Assembly (NCBI RefSeq): GCF_036321535.1
Contig: NC_087436.1
Coordinates: forward strand, 122,018,001-122,082,000
Source: Camelus dromedarius
Lineage: Eukaryota
Reading direction: 5' to 3'
DNA: 64,000 bases
Shown here piece after piece: positions 23,662 through 33,450 of this stretch. Within the stretch, counting starts at the first letter, position 1. Every line of letters begins with the position of its first letter. The notes under the pieces were generated by a model. The model was not told the origin of the DNA. It searched no databases and saw only the letters and a list, made by a program, of their open reading frames with translations. The position numbers were made by a program, and so were the translations under genes.

Positions 23662-24900
23662 CACGGCGCCAGGTGCCCCTCAAACCCACAAGGGCCCAGA
23701 AGGACTCCAGGAAGGAGGCACCGAGGGCCCGCGCTCCCGCCTCCCCCGTCCAGGCCGCTGGGCACAGGAGGGCTGCCACTGCATCTCACCCAGCTGCTGC
23801 CGCCGCCGCTGCAGGGCTGCAGGCCTCCCAGACTTCCGGAACGTCCAGTGCCTCCCCGCCCGTGGGGACCCAGGCCAGCTGCAGGGCCCGACAGGAGGGC
23901 AGATTCAGCAACGGGGGACATGGGGGGGCCAGGCGCCTGGGCAGCTGTGGGCTCGTCTCCTGCCTGCCCCTCTGCCCCGGCCCCCCTGCACTGCTGCCTC
24001 GAGCCTCAGCCACAGCAGAAGGCCTGCTCTTGATGGGGGAAGTGGGGTTAGTGTCTGAGTTCCAAGCAGCCTCAGAACCTGGGGCTAAATCTGGGGCAGC
24101 TGGTGGACACCCGGGGAGAGGGACCTGGCCTCAGTGCTCCGCAGGGCTTCCCTGTGTGCTAACCAGACCAGAAAGACCAGGCTGTCCATGCTGTCCCCAG
24201 GGCCCTGAGCCCATAGTCCCCCACCCAATTCTCCCCACCCCATTCCCCTCAGGACCTTGTCTAAACAACACGAGTCTCATTTCTTCTCAAACAGGGAAAA
24301 TGCAGAAGCCAACCCAGTGGTCCTCTGGGCAAGCAGGTGTGCCCCACCGTCTGTCCGCCCTGGCCCACCAGCTGACGGGGAGGGTCAGGAGGCGGGCAGA
24401 GGTTTCCCAGCATCTGAAGCAAGGACTCACTGGGTGGCTGAGGACCACTGGACGTTGCCCACTTGGCTGCCACTACCCCCTTCCCTCCGCACCCCCGGGG
24501 GCCCTGGCCCACCCCCTCAGATTCCAGAGTGGCCCCGGGCCCCAGCACGGACACCTCCTCAGGCTTAAATCTCAGGCTTCACATTGCAATGATGATTGCA
24601 GTTTTATTTTTAGAGAGATGACACACCTACTGCTTCTTTTATAGGATAAAATCCAACGACTGTTGAACAGCGGAATACACATGAACAAAAAAGGCTTCTG
24701 TGGGGGAAGAAAAGTATATAACAGAGGGTATATTATGTATTGAGATTATTTTTATTTTCTAAATGCTGTAATTCAAAACCATTTCCATAAATCTATTTAA
24801 GGATTGCAGACGCTTTTATTTCTTGTGTGAACTACAGGTGGACTCCTTTTTTTCAGTCTGGGACGTGATGGGGCTGTTACTAAAGTGCATTCTCCTCTAG
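23662..24900 (+). other. ZFYVE28: ZFYVE28 3' UTR, ending in an AU-rich block with variant poly(A) hexamers
   Basis: Follows the stop codon. AT-rich island ~24560-24890 with CATAAA (24786) and ACTAAA (24879). The end position is inferred. Confidence 0.6.
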
Positions 24901-26212
24901 GAAGCTGGGGGCTTCCGGACTCTTGGGACAGTCAAAGGGCAGGACTTGGCTCCCCACCAGCCCCCAGGAGAAGGGTGGTCACCTGGACCCCACCCCTCCC
25001 CCCACTGCACCCCACAACCTGCGACAGTCTCCCCACTGCCTGCCCACCCTGCCCAGCTCCTGGTCTCATGTTCTTTAGCTCAGACCCCTGGCCAGTGCAT
25101 GTGTTGGGGTGGACAGTGCTCTTGGACACTCCACCTCAGGGCCTCCCCACCCTAGTGGTCCTGGTCTACACCCCCACGCTCCAGGGGCTGCCCGCTGGAG
25201 TGCCCTGAACAGCATGCAGGAAGGCAGACCAAACCCGAGGGTCGCCAAGGCGACGGGGCCTTCCTCAGGTCTTGGAGGCTGAGCCCCTGGGACCTGAGTG
25301 CCCGGTCCCTCTGAGAATAGGGGCACGGCTGCAAGATGTCCAGTGGCCACCATGCCCATTTTCTTTCTAGTCGGTGAGAAAGTGTGTCAGGACACGGGTC
25401 TCCTCTCAGCAGTGCTGGGTTCTCTGGGAGCAGAGAGAAGTGCATCCAGGGAGACCTGGTGTCTCTAGCTGCCCAAGCCGGGTCCCATGCCCCTGCCCAT
25501 CTGGACAGAGTCCCTCCCGTCCCTGTGGATGGCTGCACCGGTGTCTGGCTGGACAGCAGTGCCTTCTGAAATGTCAGCTGCCTAGGGTGACCAACCCCTG
25601 CCAGGAACCTGCCTCACCCCTCTTCCCAGGCCACGCGCAGTCCTGGGAAGGAGGCCACCATGTGCTTCAAAACCAGCCCCCACGAGCTTCTGGGGACAGG
25701 CGGGGGCCCTGGGCCTGACCGGGCCACCAGATGTTCTCAGGACCCGGACACAGCTGGCAGCCCCCATAAGGCAGGCCACCAAGTCAAAGGATAGAGGGGC
25801 TGGGGTGGGAGTTCCCAGAGCTCTCTGTGTCCAGGGGGCTTAGAAGGCCCTGGGGCAGAAAAAGCCGCCAAGCCTGGCCCTGGGGAGGTGGCTGTGGGGT
25901 GGGGAGAAGGCCGCCTCCGCTCCTGGCCCCGCCCCTTCCACTGCAGACTCAGCTCACTTGAGGCCCCTCCCACTTCCACACACCCTGGCCTCTGGAGATG
26001 CCCCTGCTGTCTGCCCTTCTTGTGGCTCACCGGTCCCCACAAATATGCCCAGGCAGGCAGGCAGGCAGGCACCCCACAGGAGAGACAGACAGTGCCCCGA
26101 GGCTGGTGATGGCGGACAACGTCGCCCCAGGAGGCAAGTGGGAAGGACAGGGCTGAGGGATGCTTCCCTTTCCCCCACGTGTCCCCAGGCTGGGCTCCCT
26201 CCACGGTCCCTG

Positions 26213-26242
26213 CTGCAGCCCCTAGTGGCCACCAGGGGGCGC
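26213..26242 (+). promoter_or_regulatory. CTCF binding site with upstream (ZF9-11) motif
   Basis: CTGCAGCCCC-TAG-TGGCCACCAGGGGGCGC: consensus core plus TGCAG upstream module. Confidence 0.75.
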
Positions 26243-28056
26243 CCCCCCCCCGCGTGGCCTGCCTGCCAGGGGTTGGGACAACTGGAGGGCTGCCTGCAGT
26301 GGCTGCCCCACTGTGGGTGGGCCCTCCAGGAGCCCACAGGGCCCCCAGCACAGATGTGCCCAGTGGCCAGGACCTAATCCTCCATGTCCTGCAGTGGAGT
26401 GAGGGGTGGAGAGTCCAGAGAGGGTCCTGGCCCAGCAAGGACCACAGGCAGGGCAGACCACGCCCCACATGGCTGGAGGAGTGGGGAAGGTGGGTACTGG
26501 TCAGAACTGGGTACTTCAAACCACCAGGGCTGGGGGTGGGCCCTGACAGCACTATGGAGAGGGGCAACTTTCCAGCATTCCCAGCTCTTTCTGTTCAATA
26601 GACACTGCAGTGGAAACTGGGGGGAGGTGAGCAGGACCCAAAGTACCCACCCTATGCCACCCCCATGACCCAGAGTCCTGGAGGCTCTTGTCTCCTCTTA
26701 GGCCCACCCAGAGCCACCTCCTCCAGGCAGCCTTCTCGACAGGGGTGCTCCCCAGCCCCCATCCTCACACACATTTTCAGAGCCTGGGACACTTTGCAGA
26801 AGTCAGTGAGCCTCTCAGAGCCTCTCCGGCCTCTGAGACTGGGGCAGGGCAGATTCCAGGCCAGCACGGAGAAGTCACTCAAACGTAATCTCACCCCAAA
26901 GACTTAAAAACACAAGTGTGGCTTGGGCTCTTCCGGTGTGCTCACCTGGTTCCAAGAGTGTGGGACTGCTCAGGGCTGGATCCTGTGCCTGAGCTGGGCA
27001 AAGATGTGCCCCCCAGACACTCCAGGCCTGCCTTGCCTTTGGGGGGTCTGCAGGTCTGGGGGCCATGCAACCTGGCTGAGCCACCTGGGCCTTGGGGGGT
27101 GAGCAGGATGTCACAGAGACCCAAAACAGCCCAGAGATAGAAATGGTGATGATCCCACTGAGGGTGGAGCACAGATGGTGGTCACCTCAGGCACCAAATG
27201 CCAGGCTTTGAGAAGGATGGACATGGTCAAATTTGTGGTTTGGACCCCTTGGAGTGGGGATGGGCTGGTGGGGCAGAAGCCAGGGTCCCCAGCTTTGTCA
27301 GAGGCAGTCACATGGCTGGGCTGCAGTCACTGCTTTGACCTTGCTGTCTCCCCGAACCCCCATCACCAGGGCCCTGCTGAGCCTTGAGGGCCGTGATGTG
27401 AGAGGCCTCCACACCATCTGGTGGAGGCAGTTCAGGGCACACTTGCCAGAGCCTGATCAGCTGCCCACCGGGTCTAGAAGCAGCTAGATGACTGGGGCGC
27501 AGGGACAGGGAGTCAGGGGTGGGTTTCCCAGGCTCAGGCCCTCAGAGTATCCAGCCTGAGACTAGCAGCCTGGGTGAAGTGAAGCCCCGCCCCCCCCCCC
27601 CCGAAGGGCATGGCCTAGAAAGCCCAGCCGGCTTCCTGGAGGAGGTGGGGACGCAGGCCAGAAGGCCTAGGCCAGAGAAGCCCAGAAGGTAGGGCTGGCA
27701 GAGAGGTGCTGGGGTGAGCCCCAGAGCCCCTGTGGTTCGAGGGAGGGGGATGCCTGTCTACCCTGGGCTCATCCACTCCAGGCCCCAGGGAAGAAAAGGC
27801 CCTAGCAACAGCCACTAGGGGCCCTGGGGCAGCAGCAGGGCCAAGCTGGGCCCCCTGTCCTGCCCCTCCTGAGTCTGGGCCCAGCCCCGGGGAGTGGAGG
27901 AGGCTGCCAGCCCGAGCTGTCGGGTCCTGGCCCTCCTGCCTTTGGAGGTCACGCCTGACACCACAGAAAGTGCCTGGATCTGCATCACATCCTTCCATCA
28001 TAACTTTTTTTTCCCGTAAAAAGTGTCTAAAAGAAAGTTTCATTGTTTTGCTTTTA

Positions 28057-28163
28057 TTTATTTTTTATTTTGGGGGGATAATTAGATTTACTTATTTCTT
28101 TATTGAACCCAGGACCTTGTGTATGCTAAGCATGTGCTCTACTACTTGAGCTATACCCTCCCC
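28057..28163 (-). mobile_element. Camelid Vic-1-type SINE with internal deletion
   Basis: attgaacccaggaccttgtgtatgctaagcatgtgctctactacttgagctataccctcccc; TSD attgttttgctttta at 28042-28056 and 28167-28181. Confidence 0.92.
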
Positions 28164-28694
28164 ATTATTGTTTTGCTTTTAGACATTTTTGGCTACAAAA
28201 AAACTTAATTTCATTTAAAATTGTCCAGGGGTCATCAAGTATAATGGGAAAACCTGTAAAGTGAGAAAAAAAATCTACCCCACAAACTGTTCACAAATAT
28301 AATGAGCTTTTTTCTCATTTTAAATTTGAAAATAGCATTGACATTACATTAGGCTACACAAACATTTATTTCATTTCATGCATCTTGACTTTGCTGCCTT
28401 GTATTCTGGAGACAGTTTTCCTGAGTGCTAAGCTTTTTAGAAGGCCCCCAAATGCTCCGAGGCCTGGTGCCCTTTGCTGGGCGGCTTGGGGGCCATGCGA
28501 TGTGACTCTGACACTGACTGGCTGTGACCGGGCAGGCCACCCCCGTTTCCCTGTGTGGAGGGCCCAGGGTTAGAAGCGACTTGCTGATGTGGGGCTGATG
28601 TTAATATCCCTGCCACTTCCTGCCGTCCCCCCACCCCTGTGCCCAGCTCACAGCTGCCCAGGGCTGAATCTGCACCCTTCCTTCATCACACCCC

Positions 28695-28810
28695 ACAACC
28701 ACCCTAAGAGGCGGCTACTGCCAGCTCCGTCTTATAGCTGGGAAAACTGAGGCTCAGAGAGGTTTAAGTGACTTGGCCAAGGTCTTGTGGCCAGACTGAA
28801 ATCCAGGATG
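28695..28810 (-). mobile_element. MIR SINE core
   Basis: ggaaaactgaggctcagagaggtttaagtgacttggccaaggtc. Confidence 0.8.
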
Positions 28811-30259
28811 GTTTGAGGGGAGGGACCCAGTGACAGAAGCTCCCCAGAACTCCCCCCTACACCCCGGTCCTGGCACACACCAGGCATCTCAGTGCAGTGG
28901 AGCCAAGGCTTCTGGAAGGCTGATCACAATGCTGGGCTACATATGGCCCTCCAGCACCTGATGACCCCACAAGTCACCTCTGTCCCTGGGCCTCACAGAC
29001 CCGGAACCTGCCTGCAGGGAGCTGTCTGAACCCGACACCCCCCCCCCCCCCCCCCCCCGGTCTGAGGAGAGGCAGCTTCAGGCTGGGGGAGGATTCCAGC
29101 CCTGACCCCTCCCTCTCAGCCTCTTCCCCAGGATGCTGGGCCTGGCCACACTGGTAGCAGCAGGAATCCACTCCAGTGCCCCCTGGAGGAGGCCGTGTGG
29201 TTTTGCTGGAGACCTGCCCTACAGAAATGAGCCTGTGGGGAGCGTGCTGAGGTCCTGCGTGTGGAGACTGGGCGGATTCCTGGCAAGTCCATTCCCTATA
29301 CATTCTCTCTTCAAGCACCCCTGACCTGCAGCTCAGCGTCCTCCAGGACCCCCCGGGAGCTCCGGCATCGCCCACCCTCCCACAGCCTCTCTCCTCCCCT
29401 TCGCTGCTGTGCCCACATGGGGCCTCTGGGCTGGCTGCCCCACCTCCGCTGCCGCCTCCACACCTCTGCCCGTGCCAGGCCTGGGCCCTTCTGACCAGGC
29501 CCTCAGTCCCGCGGTCGGCCCGGCCCACTTCTCCCCCACCTCTCTGTGGTGCGGCGGCACCCACACTCACAGGCAGTGTGGACCCCATGGGCACCAGGCA
29601 GTGGCCCATCCTGGGTGTGGCTGGGGAAGGGGTCCCCGGAATGGCCTAGATGTAACTGGAGGCAAGGTAGGGACCACCCCCCTCTCCTCAGGCTGGAGGC
29701 GGCAAGCACCGGGCCCCTGCTGTCACACGTGGACCCGGTGCTGTCTGCTGAGACTTCTGTCCCAAGGGAGGAAGGAGGGTGGGCATCCGGCAGGTGCACT
29801 CACACCAGCACAGGTGTAGGCTTTAGGACTGGGGCCAGCAATCTACCCCTAACATAAGGAGGGATGGAGTGCCCTTGCAAAATGCTGACCAGCAAGTGGT
29901 GAGCCAGGGGTCAGGCCTCCTACACCCCGGAGCCCAGAATGCAGCTGGGCCTCCCCAGAGCTGGGCGCCGTCTACCTTGCTAACCTGGAGGGCCACAGCA
30001 CCCCGCTCTTGTTAGGGACTCTGGTCTGGCCCTGGGGTGATTGTGGGGCAGGAGCAGGTAGGGCTGCGGTTAACATCAGAGGGCTGTTTCAGTGTCCACG
30101 CAGGGCTGTCTGATAGCAGTTTCCAAGTTCCGCACTGGGTTCTGTCACCCTTGTGGGGCACACATTCCTCACCCCATTTTTCAGATCACCAGAGCTGTGA
30201 TGCCCACCCCAGCGAGCTAGGCTGGCTCAGCCAGGGGGCACGTGCATGGGGAGCACTAA

Positions 30260-30385
30260 TCTCTGCTCTGCTGGTGTTGCTGGGAGACCCTAGCAAGTCC
30301 CTAAACCTCGGGATCCCCACTTTCCTTAGCTGTAAGTTGAGGCTGCAGAAACACTAAGAAATGCATATAAAGCATTCAATAGGTC
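30260..30385 (+). mobile_element. MIR SINE remnant
   Basis: gaccctagcaagtccctaaacctc..cactttccttagctgtaag. Confidence 0.55.
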
Positions 30386-31763
30386 CTAGAACTGAAAGTG
30401 TCAGGGTTTTAGTTTTCTGTTTTGTTGGCAGCAGCAGTTTGTCCCTTCCCCATATAGAACTTCCGTTGGGGGTCCAGTCACCTTATACCCCATACTCTCC
30501 AGCCTCCTGGCCTCCTTTGCAAGAGCCCTCAGGCCAGCAATCTCAACAACCAGTGGGAGGGAAAATCAAGGGGGACTGAGGCCAGACTGCAGCTGCATCC
30601 AGGCTGCCAGTCTCTGCTCTTACGGGACAGCCTAGGGTCAGGGGTCACTAGGGCCTATGAAACGCTCTCTCCCCTCCCATGGAGGGCAACTCTCTTCCCT
30701 AGAAGGTGCTTACATGGCCAAAGGGGACCAGAGCTGGCCTCTTGGAATGTCCCCACCTATAAACTAGACGTGAGCCCTGAGCCCTGCACTCACGGGAGCC
30801 CCTCCAGGCTGTGGGGGCAGAGCTTTGCCTCCCTTATCGTCTCAGACCCCTCCTTCAGCCCGAAGGTCCACTGGGGAGCTCTTGAGGGATCCCTCCTGCC
30901 CCGGGGATCAGTTTCCCCATCGAGAGGCCTAGCTCTTAGGCTCACACCGTCTATGCCCCTTCTCCAAGACTCAGCCTTTTCTGGGGTCACGCTGTGTCCA
31001 GAGGGAAGGCGGTCATTTTGCAGCCCCACGGGAGACCCCCGAGGAGACCGCAAGGTCCCGTGCTTCCTCTGAGCCAGTGTGGCAGCGGGTCCGAGGCTGG
31101 CACATTCCTGCGCACTGTATGCGCACGCGGCAGACCGGCCTGGCGCTCGCGACGCGCCCCGCGCCCTAACGGGCTCTCGCGCAGGGCCGGACGGCGTGCC
31201 GTCCCACCGCTCTCAGCTTCCTCTCGGCAACGCGTCCGGCCGCGGCGCCCTCATTGGCCGCGCGCCCTGCCGCCCGCCATTGGTCCTCGGAACCTATTTT
31301 ACATAGACTGCTCTGGGCCAATCGGCACGCGGCGCCTACTTAACATGCACGCCGACCGCCAGTCAGCGAGCGCGGGGGCCGGGCCACCACGTGCTGTTGC
31401 TAAGCTTGGGCTTCTAAATTGTTACTACTGCGGCGAGCCTATCGGAAACAAGCTCCGCATCTGTCAACATTCTCGGTCCGGCCCGAGGCATTCGGCCGGT
31501 TCCCATTGGCCCCGGGCCGGCCCAACGCCCGCCCCCGGAGCCGGAGTGCCTACTTCCATTGGCTGAGCCGGCCGCCGCTCGCCCTTATGTGTCAATTTGA
31601 GGGCCCGAGGCGGAGGGTGGCGGCCGAGCGCGCAGGGAGTCCGCGGGAGTCGGGGAAGTGGGGCCGCCGGGCGCGCGGGGCGGGCGGCGAGCGGAGCCGG
31701 CCGGAGCGGGCCGGGCAGCGGCCGCCGCCGTCCCGGAACGCGCGCGGGCGGGCGGGCGGGAGG

Positions 31764-31827
31764 ATGGAGCTGAACTCCCTGCTGATCCTGCTGGAGGCGG
31801 CCGAGTACCTGGAGCGCAGGGACCGAG
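31764..31827 (+). CDS. MXD4: MXD4 exon 1 CDS (Sin3-interaction domain)
   Basis: aggATGG Kozak; MELNSLLILLEAAEYLERRDR; donor G|GTAGCG; 64 nt. Confidence 0.98.
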
Positions 31828-31928
31828 GTAGCGCCCGCGCCCCTTTGTGCGCCGGGCCGCGGGCGGGCGGGCGGGCGGCGGGGCCGGGGCCGGGGCGGGG
31901 GCCCGCTGACCGCGCCGTCTCTCCTCAG

Positions 31929-32028
31929 AGGCCGAGCACGGCTACGCCTCGGTGCTGCCCTTCGACGGCGACTTCGCCAGGAAGAAAACAAAGGCGGCCG
32001 GCCTGGTGCGCAAGGCCCCGAACAACAG
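31929..32028 (+). CDS. MXD4: MXD4 exon 2
   Basis: ctctcctcAG|AG GCC; (E)AEHGYASVLPFDGDFARKKTKAAGLVRKAPNN(R); donor AG|GTACCG; 100 nt. Confidence 0.97.
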
Positions 32029-33349
32029 GTACCGCCCCTCGCGCGGCGCCCCCGCCCAGGCCTGGGGCCGGGGGCTTACGCCCCCCGAGCGCCCTCCCCC
32101 GGCCTGATCCCAGCCCGCAGCCGGGCCACCGCCGTACGCCCCGGCGGCCAGCCTGGAGGAGGAGGCGCGCCTGGGCCTCGGCAGCCCCTCCCGGCCGGCC
32201 CCGCCCGCGCCGTCGCCATCTTCCTGCGGGCCGCGCCTCCTCGGCCTCTCGCGTAAACAGTGCCACGCGTACAGCGCCCGCCGCCCGGGGTCTCGTCCCG
32301 CAGCCGCTCCCCGCCCCCGAGTTGTTCTGGACTTTTCCGGGCAGGAAAAAAGTTGTCAGGGTCGCAGGCCGTTGCCTTGCGGGTCTGGGGAAACTGAGGC
32401 GCCGTTCAGAGCAGCGTGGGGCTGCTCGCCCTGACCTCTGCTCGCCGCGGGTGGCTGGGCCGCATCTCTCCGACTGTCTCCAAGGGCCGAGCCCCGTTAC
32501 TGGGCTGAGTCCCCGGACCCCAGGGGCCTGCACAAAGCAGACTCATGGAGGCCCTGCCCTGGGCCCCCACCGCTTGCACGGTGCCCACCGCTCCCACCCG
32601 GCCTCCTGGCACAAGTGAAACTCTAGCGGCCAGTGAAAGGGTCCCCTTCTTGGGGACAGAACTCCCTTTTTAAGGGGCCGGAAGAAGTCACAGACTGCTG
32701 TGCAGCAGCCCATCCTGCTGCCGGTTATCCCTTTCCTTCCCCGGGCTTTGGATCCAAGCTGTAGAAGCCTGAAGGCTGGGGTGCACGTGCCTGGGTGGGG
32801 AGTGAGGACCTTCAAGTAGGGCTCCCATGGGATTCTATTCTCCTGGCTGCCGTGGGACCGCAGCACACCTGGCACTGTCCAGGGGCCCACTTTGGCCCTG
32901 GACCATGTCACTAGGCTGGGAGCTGCACTTCCAGGGGGCTTTGGGGCCCCTTGGCAGAGGGTGCGGCTCATTCCTGTGGCCTGCTCATTTCTTGGGAAAC
33001 AGAAAGGCTGGCACAAGGACCCATCCCCTGTGACGTCCTGGCGCCCTGGGCCTGGCAAGGAATTGATTGAGTCTCCATCTGCTCTGGTTGGACATGCCTC
33101 TGAGTCCCAGCCTCTGAGTCCCAGCCCCTGTTCCCCTTCTGGGGACAGTTTGGGAAAGGACATGCTCGCATCGGGGGACACCACTGTCACAGTCGTCCTC
33201 AGTGAGCCAGCCAGGCCTTGCTGTCGGTGATCACTGTCCTACGCACCCTGCCACCCATGGAAAACTCTACGCTATGACTTTTTATTCCCACAGCATGAGG
33301 TACCCAAAGCCAATAACTAGAACCCCAAGTGAGATTCTCAGGCACATGC

Positions 33350-33450
33350 TAGCTAATGTTCACCCAACCTGGTGAAGGAGATGTTACTTTTATCTCCATT
33401 TTAGGGCTGAGGAAACTGTGGCATAGCGAGATTGAACTAGTAGCCTGGGG
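33350..33450 (-). mobile_element. MIR SINE remnant
   Basis: ttttatctccattttagggctgaggaaactgtggcatagcgagattgaact. Confidence 0.7.

Larger units (their letters stand above)
31080..32600 (+). promoter_or_regulatory. MXD4: MXD4 CpG-island promoter and 5' region
   Basis: Very high CpG density; five CCAAT/ATTGG boxes (31253, 31279, 31318, 31505, 31558); E-box CACGTG 31388-31393; GC boxes. Confidence 0.9.

Noticed and set aside
26545..26566. REST/RE1-like motif ACAGCACTATGGAGAGGGG
   Set aside because: Several mismatches at core positions.
31419..32618. 399-aa ORF
   Set aside because: A stop-poor CpG-island frame. Only 31764-31827 is true MXD4 coding sequence in this frame.
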